NCBI GenBank assembly: GCA_021299385.1
Contig: JAJTGZ010000006.1
Coordinates: 9,926-73,925 of the forward strand
Direction of reading: 5' to 3'
Length of the DNA: 64,000 nucleotides
Origin: Phycisphaeraceae bacterium
GTDB lineage: Bacteria; Planctomycetota; Phycisphaerae; Phycisphaerales; UBA1924
The position numbers were made by a program, and so were the translations under genes. Below, piece after piece: positions 54,003 to 63,703 of the stretch; positions within the stretch are counted from its first letter, which is position 1, and the number at the start of each line of letters is the position of its first letter. The notes below the pieces were generated by a model, which saw nothing but the letters and a program-made list of their open reading frames with translations, was not told the DNA's origin and did no database searches.

Positions 54003-54299
54003 ATGCAGATCAACGTCATCGGCAAGCACATGGAAGTAACCGAGGCCATCCGCGCATACGCCCAGAAGAAGGCGAGCAAGTTGCCGATGCACTTTGACCG
54101 TGTGCAGTCGATCACGCTTCGTCTGGAGCAGGACCCGCAGAAGACCAGTTTCCATGCCGAGGTGGTGTGCGATGTCGAGAAGCACGAGGACTTCATCGGG
54201 CATTGTCATCATGCGGACCTGTACCACGCGATCGACGAGGCGGTGGCCAAGGTCGATCGGCAGGTCGTGGCGTTCAAGGAAAAGCTCAAGGGTGGTTGA
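54003..54299 (+). CDS. hpf: ribosome hibernation-promoting factor (short HPF/RaiA type)
   Basis: 'MQINVIGKHMEVTEAIRAYAQKKASKL...DLYHAIDEAVAKVDRQV'. Confidence 0.85.
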   Translation: MQINVIGKHMEVTEAIRAYAQKKASKLPMHFDRVQSITLRLEQDPQKTSFHAEVVCDVEKHEDFIGHCHHADLYHAIDEAVAKVDRQVVAFKEKLKGG

Positions 54300-54354
54300 T
54301 TGCCGCCCGTGCCCGTGTTGTTGAAGTTCTGCCGCACCCTTTGCACCTGCCTCT

Positions 54355-54825
54355 ATGAAGCTGACTGACCTGATCGCCCCGAACGCCATTGTCGCCCAGC
54401 TGACCAGCCGGGAGCGGGACGGCGTGATTGCCGAGCTTGTCGATGCGCTCGTGCAGGCGGGGGGCGTGGAAGAGGGGACGCGCGATGAACTGATCAAGAT
54501 GCTCTTAGAGCGTGAGAAGCGGAGCACGACGGGCTTTGGTGCGGGGATCGCCGTGCCGCATGCGAAGCACCCGAAGGTAACGCGTGTGAGCGCGGCGATC
54601 GGGCTCTCGGCATCGGGGCTCGACTTTTCGAGCATCGACATGCAGCCGGTTTATACCGTGGTGCTGCTGCTGAGCCCGCACGAAAAGCCCGATGAGCACC
54701 TGCACGCGATGGAAGTGATCTTCAAGGTGCTTAGCCAGGATTCCTTCCGCCGGCTGCTGCGCCAGGCCAGCACGGCCGAAGAGGTGCAATCGCTGCTGGA
54801 CGGCGTCGACGCACAGCACGTCTGA
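54355..54825 (+). CDS. ptsN: PTS IIA-Ntr-like regulatory protein
   Basis: 'ERGVIAELV'-type N-terminus and 'REKRSTTGFGAGIAVPHAK' (phosphorylatable His) are present. It lies downstream of hpf, as in rpoN-region operons. Confidence 0.8.
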   Translation: MKLTDLIAPNAIVAQLTSRERDGVIAELVDALVQAGGVEEGTRDELIKMLLEREKRSTTGFGAGIAVPHAKHPKVTRVSAAIGLSASGLDFSSIDMQPVYTVVLLLSPHEKPDEHLHAMEVIFKVLSQDSFRRLLRQASTAEEVQSLLDGVDAQHV

Positions 54826-54990
54826 GAGGGGCACCCCGGCACACCGATCAGTAAGGTGAGCCTCGGGTGCGCGGGGTGGCGACGCTCACGCCGCCCATTG
54901 CACCGCTGACCGTTGTACCTGCCGCCCTTGTTTGCTGCCCTTGTTCCTCCGACCCTTGTGCTGATCCTTGTTCAACCCGCCTTGCCCAGT

Positions 54991-55263
54991 ATGCCCAGCG
55001 CCCGAGTCCAGACCGTGATCAAGAACAAGCTCGGGCTGCACGCCCGGCCGGCGATGGTCTTTGTCGACGCGGCCAGCGCGTTCCAGGCGAGCGTGGCGGT
55101 GGAGGGGAACGGGCAGAGCGTCGACGGCAAGAGCATCATGATGATGATGCTGCTGGCGGCGACGCAGGGAACGCCCATCGAGATCATCTGCGACGGCCCG
55201 GACGCGGATGCCGCGTGCGAGGCGTTGAAGAAGTTGGTGGATAATGGGTTTGATGAACAGTGA
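54991..55263 (+). CDS. HPr/NPr phosphocarrier protein
   Basis: 'IKNKLGLHARPA' (active-site His) and 'GKSIMMMMLLAATQG' are present. Start is ATG 54991. Confidence 0.8.
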   Translation: MPSARVQTVIKNKLGLHARPAMVFVDAASAFQASVAVEGNGQSVDGKSIMMMMLLAATQGTPIEIICDGPDADAACEALKKLVDNGFDEQ

Positions 55264-55277
55264 GGGGGGCAGGCATT

Positions 55278-55387
55278 GGGATAGGCAATGGGCAATGGGC
55301 AATAGGCAATGGGCGCGAAAGAGTCTGACGCCAACGCTCGGCTAGCCGCGCCTATTGCCGATTGCCGATTGCCCATTCCCTATTGCC
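55278..55387. repeat. Inverted repeat made of GGCAAT(G/A) tandem units
   Basis: The left arm GGGATAGGCAATGGGCAATGGGCAATAGGCAATGGGC (55278-55314) pairs with the right arm GCCTATTGCCGATTGCCGATTGCCCATTCCCTATTGCC (55350-55387). It lies in a convergent spacer. Confidence 0.8.
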
Positions 55388-56447
55388 TACCCCCCACTGC
55401 TTTTCTCGCTGCCAGCACCGCCGCGTGCAGGTCGGCAGGGGCCCCGAGGATGCCCTGGGTTTGGCCGAGCGTGATGCGGGACCAATCCAGGGGCTGGCCG
55501 AGCGCGTCGGTTACCAGGCACCCGGCGCGTTCGAGTAGGAGGCACCCGGCGGCGTGGTCCCAGGCCTTCTCACTGTTTCGGCGTGGGGGTCGGTCGTAGA
55601 CATCGGCTTGGCCACGCGCGACGAGGGCGTACTTGGCCTGGCTGTCCATCGCCAGCGGGAGCGGCCGGCTGCCGAGGGTGTGGGCCATCTCGTCGGCCAG
55701 GGAGGTGAAGTTGCGGACGCGCCCCTCGCTGGCCTCGACAGAGAAGGTGATGATGGGGTGCGCACGCGGCAGGCCGGGGCGGGGCGGGATCGGGCGCAGG
55801 GGTGCCTGGCAAATCTCCCCAGCGTGCGTGAGCAGCGGGCCGTGCAGGACCGGCCCGTTGGCGGTGCACGCGATGACCATGCCGATCGGGTCGATGCGTA
55901 CGGCGTGCTCGTCGGCAGCCGTGCTTGGCTCGTGCGAAATGTCAAAGGCCAGGTTCGGGCAGGCCAACGCCGCGACGACCGGGCGCCCACGCTCGATCAG
56001 CGCCAGGCAAACGGCAAAGTGGCGTTGTGCCATGAACCCTTTAGTGCCGTCGACCGGGTCGATCACCCAGGCGCGTTCGGGGAGCAGGTCGGTGGTGCAC
56101 GCGCGATGGCCGAGCATGGCAAGAACCTGCTCGGGCGTGGCGTCGGTCCACGCGCTGGCCGATTGCAGGGCGAGTGCGACCTGCGCCAGGAGTGCGGGGG
56201 CTTGGCCGAGGGTGTGGGCCTGTTCCTCGCCGGCGATGGGCGCGTCGGCCTCGTGCTCGATGAGCGTGCGGACGATGAGGGCTTGGGCGGCGTAGTCGGC
56301 GACGGTAACCGGTGAGCCGTCGGCCTTGCTGACGCCCTCGTGCGCGAGGGAGTGCTGCAGCCGTTTGCACATCTGCCCCGCCAGGCGTACGCCCTCGATC
56401 GCGGCATGCAACGAAACCTCGGCTGTTGGTGCGGGGCTTGTCGGCAC
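55380..56447 (-). CDS. 3'(2'),5'-bisphosphate nucleotidase / inositol monophosphatase family protein
   Basis: 'KADGSPVTVADYAAQ', 'WVIDPVDGTKGF' and 'WDHAAGCLLLERAG' are present. The start is uncertain: GTG 56447 is proposed, and the longer ORF overlaps fcl. Confidence 0.75.
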   Translation of the reverse strand: MPTSPAPTAEVSLHAAIEGVRLAGQMCKRLQHSLAHEGVSKADGSPVTVADYAAQALIVRTLIEHEADAPIAGEEQAHTLGQAPALLAQVALALQSASAWTDATPEQVLAMLGHRACTTDLLPERAWVIDPVDGTKGFMAQRHFAVCLALIERGRPVVAALACPNLAFDISHEPSTAADEHAVRIDPIGMVIACTANGPVLHGPLLTHAGEICQAPLRPIPPRPGLPRAHPIITFSVEASEGRVRNFTSLADEMAHTLGSRPLPLAMDSQAKYALVARGQADVYDRPPRRNSEKAWDHAAGCLLLERAGCLVTDALGQPLDWSRITLGQTQGILGAPADLHAAVLAARKAVGGRQ

Positions 56448-56550
56448 GGGTACGACGATAGCAGGCTCGCGGGCGGGGCCGCGACGACAAGAAATCCCGA
56501 CCGACCTACCCTCTTCGCTTTGATACGCCCTCGGCGGCGCGGGAGCAACT

Positions 56551-57519
56551 ATGGACCTTGCGGGCAAGAAGATCGTCGTAACCGGTGGTGCCGGGTTTTT
56601 GGGCAGGTCGGTGCTCGGCGCGCTGCGGGCGCGTGGCGTGCAGGAACGCGACCTCTTTGTCCCCAGACGCAGAGACTTTGACCTCACGAGCGAGGTTGGT
56701 GTAGCCCGGCTGTACGCACAGGCCTTTGCAGGGGCGAAGGTTGATGTCGTCATCCACCTGGCCGCGGAGGTTGGGGGGATCGGGGCGAACCTGCTCAACC
56801 CGGGGCGGTACTTCTTTGCCAACATGGCCATGGCGTTGCACCTCATCGAGCAGGCGCGTGCCGACGGCTTGGTCGAGCGTGGGGGGAAGTTTGTGCAGGT
56901 TGGGACGATCTGTGCGTACCCCAAGTTCACGCCGGTGCCGTTTGTTGAAGATGATCTTTGGAACGGGTACCCCGAGGAGACCAACGCGCCCTACGGCGTT
57001 GCGAAGAAGGCCGCGTGGCAGATGCTCGATGCGTACAAACTGCAGTATCAGATGCGCAGCGCCTATCTGCTGCCGGTGAACCTGTATGGCCCGCACGACA
57101 ACTTTGACCTGGGCAGTTCGCACGTCATCCCCGCGTTGATCCGCAAGTGCGTCGAGGCGCAGCAGCGTGGTGATAAGGAGATCGTCTGCTGGGGAACGGG
57201 CAGTGCGTCGCGCGAGTTTTTGTTCTCCGACGACGCCGCGGAGGGGATCGTGCGTGCGGCTGAGGTGATGGACGACCCGACGCCGATCAACCTGGGGGCG
57301 AGCTTCGAGATCAAGATCAAGGACCTCGTCGAGCTCATCGTCAAACTGACGGGGTTCAAGGGGGCGGTGGTGTGGGACGCGAGCAAGCCCGACGGGCAGC
57401 CGAGGCGGTGCCTGAGCACAGAGAAGGCCCAGAAACTGCTTGGCTGGAAGGCGCAGGTGGGGTTTGAGGATGGGCTGAAGAGGACGATCGAGTGGTATCG
57501 GGCGAACTGCAAAGGCTGA
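56551..57519 (+). CDS. fcl: GDP-L-fucose synthase (SDR epimerase/reductase)
   Basis: '[12 protein letters not shown]', '[14 protein letters not shown]', 'PYGVAKKA' and '[12 protein letters not shown]' are present. Confidence 0.8.
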   Translation: MDLAGKKIVVTGGAGFLGRSVLGALRARGVQERDLFVPRRRDFDLTSEVGVARLYAQAFAGAKVDVVIHLAAEVGGIGANLLNPGRYFFANMAMALHLIEQARADGLVERGGKFVQVGTICAYPKFTPVPFVEDDLWNGYPEETNAPYGVAKKAAWQMLDAYKLQYQMRSAYLLPVNLYGPHDNFDLGSSHVIPALIRKCVEAQQRGDKEIVCWGTGSASREFLFSDDAAEGIVRAAEVMDDPTPINLGASFEIKIKDLVELIVKLTGFKGAVVWDASKPDGQPRRCLSTEKAQKLLGWKAQVGFEDGLKRTIEWYRANCKG

Positions 57520-57540
57520 GCGCGGGCTGGAAGCCCGCGC
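57520..57540. terminator. GC-rich hairpin between convergent fcl and dnaE
   Basis: GCGCGGGCT-GGA-AGCCCGCGC shares the core GGGCTGGNAGCCC with the hairpin at 12367. Confidence 0.45.
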
Positions 57541-57588
57541 CACCGGAATCAGAAACCCGCTCGGCCCGGAGGTCCGAGGTACCCGGGA

Positions 57589-60500
57589 TCAATCACTCCC
57601 CGCCGCGACGCGTTTGCGTTCCCACGGCTTGGGTTCGCGTTTGACCATCTCGGGCTTCTTGGCCTCAAACTCCACGGCACCTGGGCCAAGCTCCCTGCCC
57701 GCCCAGGCCAAAAACTCGGCCGTCGGGGTGATGCGCGTGCGGGGCAGGTCCAGCGTGATCTCCGCACCGGCCGTGCGCACGAGCAGCTCGGCGGGCTTTG
57801 GCTCGCCGCCCGGGCGGGCCTGGGCGAGGTGGGCGACAAGGCCGTCGAGCTTTGCCTGCGCGCTGCCGTTGTGCCGGCGCTCGTCGATGACCACACGCAC
57901 GCGAGCGGCCAATAGCTCTGCCGCGGCCTCGATCGGGACGATCTGCTCGGCGATCAGCTGCGACTCACCCCGGCTCATGTCCACCTTGCCGACGATGAAG
58001 ACGATTTTGTCCACCCGTGCCGTCTCGGAATACTTGGCAAAGCAGTCGCTGAAGCAGACGCACTCGACGGTGCCATCTTTGTCCTCGATCGTCAGCACGC
58101 CCATCTTCTGGCCCGCGCTCTTGCCACTCTTGACCACCAGCACACGCACGCCCGCGATGAGCGCGCCGATGGCCACACGCTGGTCCTGCGGGTGCATCTT
58201 CTCGCGCAGCCGGCGTGAGGTGGTGTTGCCCAGGCCCTGCACCAGCGTGGCGTGCTCGTCGAGGGGGTGGCTGCTGACATAAAAGCCCAGCGTCTCCTTC
58301 TCGTGCTGGAGTGTCTCGGTCTCCGTCCACGGCGTGGCACGCGCCAGGGGCGTGCTGGCGGCCTTGACGGCGGGCGCCTGGACCGGGCCGCCGCCCATGC
58401 CACCGCCCATCTCACCGCCCATGCCAAAGAGCCCACCCTGGCCCGACGCGCGGTCGCGTGCGGCACTCAGGCCCGAGGCGACAGCACCCTCGACGGTGGC
58501 GAGCATCGCCGAGCGTGCGGCACGCCCGTGCAGGCAGTCAAACGACCCGCTCTTGATGAGCGCCTCGATGGTCGCCTTGTTGACGTTCCCCGCCGCGCTG
58601 CCGCCGCCGCCACCGACGGGGACGCGCTCGCAAAAGTCGTGCAGAGAGGTGAAGGGCCGAGGGGTGAGGGCCGAGGGGTGAGGGGATGCACCGCCGGTGC
58701 GTTCGCGCAGGATGCTCTCGATCGCCTTGTCCCCGACGCCCTTGATCGCGCCGAGGCCAAAGCGGATGTGCCCGTTGCCGGCCTTGCGCGCCTCACCGTC
58801 GGCAAAGACAACCGCAAAGTCCGCCTGAGACAAGTTGATATCCGGCGGCTTGACCTCGACGCCCACCTTGAGCGTCTTGCCCGTCGCCGGGTCGATCACA
58901 CGCGTGTTCTTGCAGTCTTCAAGGTACGGCACCCAGTCGCTCACCTGGCTTGCTGCGCTCTCAAAGGTCAGGAACGCGGCCATGTACTGCTGCGGAAAGT
59001 AGGTCTTCAAGTACGCCGTCTGATACGCGACGATCGCATACCCCGTGCTGTGGCTCTTGTTAAAGCCATACCCCGCAAACTTGAGGATGAGTTCGAACAG
59101 ATCCTCGGCCCCCTGCTTGCTCAGGCCCTGCGACTGCGCCCCGGCAACAAACTTGGGGCGTTCCTTCTCGATCTTGTCATGCTTTTTCTTGCTGATGTTT
59201 TTGATGAGCGTGTAGGCGTCGCGGAGTTTGATCCCGCCCAGGCCGTGCACGATCTGCATGACCTGCTCTTGGTAGACCATGACGCCGTAGGTCTCGCTGG
59301 TGTACTGATCGACAACGGCGTGCACGTGCGGGACCTCGACCTCGCCGTGCTTGCGTTTGTTGTAATCGGGGATCAGGTCCATCGGCCCTGGGCGGAAGAG
59401 GGCGTTGGCGGCGATGAGGTCTTCGAGGCGGTCGGGCTTCATCTCGACGAGCAGTCGGCGCATGCCGGGGGACTCAAACTGGAAGACGCCGGTGGTGTCG
59501 CCGCGGCGGAAGATTTCGAGCACGGCCTGATCGGTCGGCTCCAGGCGGTCCAGGTCCAGCGGGTGCGGGCCACCATCGCCTTGCGTGCGCCCTACGGCCT
59601 CCCAAACCTGCTCCTCAGCAAGACCCTCATTGATCAATTTCTTGCAGCGTTCCACAACGCTCAGCGTGCGCAGGCCTAAAAAATCCATCTTCAGCAGACC
59701 CATCTGCTCGCACGTCGGGCCGTCCCACTGCGTAACCGTTTCCTGGGTCCCGCTGGGGCGGTAGAGGGGGACTATCTCATCGAGCGGTCGCGTGGCGACG
59801 ATGACGCCCGCGGCGTGCACGCTCGCGTGCCGGGCTTGGCCCTCGATGGCCCGCGCATTGTCGATGATCCTCTGGACCATCGGGTCGCGGTCGTAGATCG
59901 CACGCAAATCCGGCTCCTGCTCCAGGGCCTTGTCCAGCGTGATGCCAACCTGCTCGGGCACAAGCTTGGCGATCTTGTCAACCTCCGCCAGCGGCATCTC
60001 CATCACGCGCCCAACGTCGCGGATCGCCGCCTTGGCCTTGAGCGTCCCGAAGGTGATGATCTGTGCAACGTGCCCGTACTTGTCGGCAACATACTTGATG
60101 ACCTCCGCACGCCCGTTCTGGCACAGGTCGATATCGATATCGGGAAACTCCGATCGGTCGGGGTCGGTGAAGCGTTCAAACAGCAGCCCGTACTGCACCG
60201 GGCAGGCGTTGGAGAGGCCGAGCACATAGCCGACCATCGTGCCCACGCCCGAGCCACGGGCGTTGGCCGGGATGCCACGCGTGCGACCCCAGTTGACGAA
60301 GTCCCAGACGATGAGGAAGTACGCGGCGATCCCCTTGTCGCAGAGGATTTTCAGTTCGCGCTCCAGGCGTGCGCGTTGGGTACCACCACGCTCCGCGTGG
60401 TGGCTCTCCTGCTCCCCCACGCGGAGCGTGGGGGTACCCGTCGTACCCGAACCCGACGGCCCATACCGCCACACATACCCACCCTCGGCCAGCAATCGCA

Positions 60501-61650
60501 GCGCGTCGTCGCACTCGCTCTTGGCCTGGGCCAGCAGTGTTTGTTTTTCCTGCTCACTGGCGCCATCGGGCAGCACGAACGGCACAACCTCGATCCCCTG
60601 GCAGTACGCCGAGTACCACCTGCTCAGGTCGCCGCCGAACGCGGGGTCGTCGTGGCGCGGCAGTTCACCCTTGCTACGCCTGATCCGCACCATCGGCGCG
60701 TTGTTGGCCCCGATGGGCAGCACCACGTTGCACCGCTCGGCGATCTTCTGCGTGTTCGCCAAGGCCTCCGCGCCCGGTTTGCCATAGGGCTTGAAGATCG
60801 CCGACATCTCTGCCGGGGACTTGACGTAGAGGTTGCCGTCGTACCGCATCCGGTCGGGGTCGTTCTTCGCCTTCCCCGTCGAGATGCAGATCAATGTGTC
60901 GTGCGCGTCGTGGTCCTGGGCGCGCAAGAAATGGCTGTCGTTGTCGCAGACCACCGGCAGCCCGAGCTCATCGGCCAGCGCGATCAGGTGTTTGTTGATG
61001 CTTATCTGCTCGCGCACATGGTGCTGCAGCTCAATGAACATCCTTGGCCCGGTCCCCACGTCGGCAAAGACGCCCGCGTGCCACGTTGCGCTCTCGACGG
61101 CCCGGTCCCAATACGTCTTGTCCCCCGTCCGCTCAAACTCGAGCAGGTGTTCGCCGATCTCGCTGCCCAGGTGCCCGTTGATGGCGATCAACCCGCTGCT
61201 GTGCTGGGCCAAGAGTTTGCGGTCGATGCGGGGCTTGAAGTAGAAGCCTGTCAAGTAGGCCTGCGTGCACAGCTTGAGCAGGTTCTGCCAGCCGGTGTTG
61301 TTCTCGGCCAGCAGCACCAGGTGGTACCCGCCGTCGCCCACGCCGGTGTAGGTCCTGTCTGTGCGGTCGCCCGGCGCGACGTATGCCTCGACGCCAAGGA
61401 TCGGCTTGATCCCGCGCTCCTTGGCGGCCAGATAAAACGCCACCGCGCCGAACATGTTCCCGTGGTCGGTGCACGCCACGGCCCGCATCCCCAACTCGGC
61501 GACGCGGTCCATCAGTTTGTCGATCCGGTTGCCGCCGTCGAGGAGGGAATACTCCGTGTGCAGGTGCAGGTGCGTGAACGCACCGGCCGCGGGGTCGGTA
61601 TTTGAGGCCGAGGGAGACTTCGGGGTCGGGATAGGTTCTTGTGCAGACAT
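57589..61650 (-). CDS. dnaE: DNA polymerase III alpha subunit
   Basis: PHP 'FTHLHLHTEYSLLDG', 'GIAAYFLIVWDFVNW', 'HAAGVIV' and 'FNKSHSTGYA' are present. Start is ATG 61650. It contains a 60-nt REP doublet in frame. Confidence 0.9.
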   Translation of the reverse strand: MSAQEPIPTPKSPSASNTDPAAGAFTHLHLHTEYSLLDGGNRIDKLMDRVAELGMRAVACTDHGNMFGAVAFYLAAKERGIKPILGVEAYVAPGDRTDRTYTGVGDGGYHLVLLAENNTGWQNLLKLCTQAYLTGFYFKPRIDRKLLAQHSSGLIAINGHLGSEIGEHLLEFERTGDKTYWDRAVESATWHAGVFADVGTGPRMFIELQHHVREQISINKHLIALADELGLPVVCDNDSHFLRAQDHDAHDTLICISTGKAKNDPDRMRYDGNLYVKSPAEMSAIFKPYGKPGAEALANTQKIAERCNVVLPIGANNAPMVRIRRSKGELPRHDDPAFGGDLSRWYSAYCQGIEVVPFVLPDGASEQEKQTLLAQAKSECDDALRLLAEGGYVWRYGPSGSGTTGTPTLRVGEQESHHAERGGTQRARLERELKILCDKGIAAYFLIVWDFVNWGRTRGIPANARGSGVGTMVGYVLGLSNACPVQYGLLFERFTDPDRSEFPDIDIDLCQNGRAEVIKYVADKYGHVAQIITFGTLKAKAAIRDVGRVMEMPLAEVDKIAKLVPEQVGITLDKALEQEPDLRAIYDRDPMVQRIIDNARAIEGQARHASVHAAGVIVATRPLDEIVPLYRPSGTQETVTQWDGPTCEQMGLLKMDFLGLRTLSVVERCKKLINEGLAEEQVWEAVGRTQGDGGPHPLDLDRLEPTDQAVLEIFRRGDTTGVFQFESPGMRRLLVEMKPDRLEDLIAANALFRPGPMDLIPDYNKRKHGEVEVPHVHAVVDQYTSETYGVMVYQEQVMQIVHGLGGIKLRDAYTLIKNISKKKHDKIEKERPKFVAGAQSQGLSKQGAEDLFELILKFAGYGFNKSHSTGYAIVAYQTAYLKTYFPQQYMAAFLTFESAASQVSDWVPYLEDCKNTRVIDPATGKTLKVGVEVKPPDINLSQADFAVVFADGEARKAGNGHIRFGLGAIKGVGDKAIESILRERTGGASPHPSALTPRPFTSLHDFCERVPVGGGGGSAAGNVNKATIEALIKSGSFDCLHGRAARSAMLATVEGAVASGLSAARDRASGQGGLFGMGGEMGGGMGGGPVQAPAVKAASTPLARATPWTETETLQHEKETLGFYVSSHPLDEHATLVQGLGNTTSRRLREKMHPQDQRVAIGALIAGVRVLVVKSGKSAGQKMGVLTIEDKDGTVECVCFSDCFAKYSETARVDKIVFIVGKVDMSRGESQLIAEQIVPIEAAAELLAARVRVVIDERRHNGSAQAKLDGLVAHLAQARPGGEPKPAELLVRTAGAEITLDLPRTRITPTAEFLAWAGRELGPGAVEFEAKKPEMVKREPKPWERKRVAAGSD
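60379..60438. repeat. Inverted doublet (REPIN-like) of the 24-nt REP unit inside the dnaE coding sequence
   Basis: GGTACCACCACGCTCCGCGTGGTG (60379-60402), a 12-nt spacer, then CCCCACGCGGAGCGTGGGGGTACC (60415-60438). The total is 60 nt, or 20 codons, translated 'GTPTLRVGEQESHHAERGGT'. Confidence 0.85.
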
Positions 61651-61780
61651 AGAGCGACTCCGGCAAGCAACTGAGGCCACAATCGTACCGACCCCTTCTG
61701 GCCCGAGATCGGCGAGCACGGCACGCTGTCTACTGTTGTCAGTCGTCGTGAGTTCCCGCCCGCGCGGGCATCGGCAAGGG

Positions 61781-62497
61781 ATGTATGCAGACATGGCAAA
61801 GCGCGTGCAAGGACGAGTCCAGGCCAACAGCCACACACACCCCGTCGGCACGCCCAAAAAAATCGTCGTCGGCATCTCCGGCGCGTCAGGCGCTCAGTAC
61901 GCCACGCGCGTTATCGAAGAACTCCTCAAACGCGGGCACCATGTCCATCTGGTCGTAACCGAATACGGCCGGCAACTCCTGCACGACGAACTCGGCATCA
62001 CCAAACTCACCCTCGACCAACTCGTGCCGAGCCTCGCCAGCCAAGCCAAGCAGATCGAGAATATCCGCCTCTATGTCCACCCGCACAAAGACGTCGGCGC
62101 GGTGATCGCCAGCGGGTCGTTTTTGCACGACGGGATGGTCGTCGTCCCCTGCTCGAGCACCGCGCTGGGCTATATCGCCACCGGCTCGGGGAGCAACCTC
62201 CTCGGCCGCGCCGCGATGGTTACGCTCAAAGAACGCCGACGCCTCATCCTCGTCCACCGCGAAAGCCCGCTGAGCCTCATCGACATCAAAAACATGGAGC
62301 AGGTAACACTGGCCGGGGGGATCATCGCCCCGGCCAACCCGGGGTTCTACTTGCTGCCCAAGTCCATCGACGAGGTCATCGACTTCACCGTCGGCAAAGT
62401 TCTGGACCTGCTTGAGATCGAGCACGACCTCAAAACGCGCTGGGCCAGCCGGCGAAGTGAGATCCGCCGGGGGAGGGCGGGGAGTAGCGACGAGTGA
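61781..62497 (+). CDS. ubiX: flavin prenyltransferase UbiX family
   Basis: 'KIVVGISGASGAQYA', 'MVVVPCSSTALGYIATG' and 'ILVHRESPLSLIDIKNM' are present. The start is ATG 61781 or 61793. Confidence 0.85.
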   Translation: MYADMAKRVQGRVQANSHTHPVGTPKKIVVGISGASGAQYATRVIEELLKRGHHVHLVVTEYGRQLLHDELGITKLTLDQLVPSLASQAKQIENIRLYVHPHKDVGAVIASGSFLHDGMVVVPCSSTALGYIATGSGSNLLGRAAMVTLKERRRLILVHRESPLSLIDIKNMEQVTLAGGIIAPANPGFYLLPKSIDEVIDFTVGKVLDLLEIEHDLKTRWASRRSEIRRGRAGSSDE

Positions 62498-62519
62498 ACA
62501 GCGACAATTGATGGAAACG

Positions 62520-62553
62520 AACCCCTCCCCCGAGGGGAGGGGCAGGGGTGGGG
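62520..62553 (+). repeat. 34-nt hairpin/G-run element (copy 4, forward)
   Basis: Exact 34-mer (see 5487-5520). Confidence 0.9.
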
Positions 62554-63253
62554 TTGATCCAACCCGAGACTACAGCATGTCCTGCAGACCCCCACCCAAC
62601 GCACGGTACAGGCGCTTCCGCGCGTGCCGTGCTCTCTCTCCTCAAGTTCCGCCGACCTGCTTTCGCAGGGCCGGGGCTGCTTCCACGCGTGCATGTGTGC
62701 AACGCGTGGCCTCTCTGCTCAGACCCGCTTGGTTGTCGTTCGCATCAACGTTCCCAAACCTCTACCAGAGAAGCACCTTGGCGTTGACCCCTTTCGGGGA
62801 CGGGCAATCTGAGTCGATCTTGGGCCTCACGCCAGACGCACATAGCACCGGCAGAGGCAGAAGATCGAGACAGACAAACCAGACAGTCGCCGTGAAGCAA
62901 CCAACAACCCGACAGAAGAGGGCAAAACAACGAAAAAAACCAGGCCACTCGGGCAGCAAGGTTCTTCCCAAACCAACGTGAACTTGTCAAATCTCCCGGC
63001 TTGGCACAAAACTCTGCTCCACTCGACGACCGACCAAGCCTCTCTCCTCCGGAAAAAATCAGGGGGGGAAGGAGTTGTCGCGTCGTGATGTTCCTGCTCT
63101 CCTCCGGCGGAACTTGGCCGGTCGCCGAGTGCAGCAGAGTCCTTGTGCCCTCTCTCTTTGCTATCTCTTCTCTTCTGTTTTCTACTGTTCTCTTCTCTAC
63201 TCTGTGATACACACATCAATCCGCGTGCCAGGCCAAGGCACCGAATCCTTCCC

Positions 63254-63703
63254 TCACGCCAGCCTACGAGCACCACGCACCACAGGTTCTACTTCAGCAC
63301 CAACGCCCACGGCAAGCCCGGCCGAGCCGGCCGATTTAAGCAGCTGCTCGGCCACCTGCTCGATCATCTCCATCTCGCTGGATGCGTGCATGTACGCGCA
63401 CACACCCGCCTGCCGGGCCAAGGACTCACGCACGGGCGTGGGCCACGCGTCCATCCCCACGCACCGCACCGGGTTCCAGTGCTTGCTGAGCCTGTGGATC
63501 AACCCCAGGGCGTGCTCGCACGGGCAATCCATCTCAACGAGCAGCACACGCACGCCAGACGTGAGCGCATCGCGTACGAACCGGGGATCAAGTTGGTCCA
63601 GCACAGGCCACCCATGGCGGATAGCCGCACGCGCAGCACCCACGCACAAGCGTGGACCTGCCCGCGCAACCGCCACCGGCGTGCGCACTACGGCACAAAC
63701 CAT
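63254..63703 (-). CDS. hypothetical protein, possibly a degenerate receiver-like domain
   Basis: 149-aa ORF. 'VRVLLVEMDCP...ALGLIHRL' vaguely resembles a REC fold. The support is weak. Confidence 0.3.
   Translation of the reverse strand: MVCAVVRTPVAVARAGPRLCVGAARAAIRHGWPVLDQLDPRFVRDALTSGVRVLLVEMDCPCEHALGLIHRLSKHWNPVRCVGMDAWPTPVRESLARQAGVCAYMHASSEMEMIEQVAEQLLKSAGSAGLAVGVGAEVEPVVRGARRLA

Noticed and set aside
53865-54641. 258-aa minus-strand ORF
   Set aside because: It is antisense to the well-supported hpf and ptsN genes and has no recognisable motif.
62745-63212. 155-aa minus-strand ORF in the long spacer
   Set aside because: The composition is low-complexity and purine-tract driven, I recognise no family, and there is no obvious RBS. 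I treated the region as non-coding or unknown (see the finding on 62554-63253).
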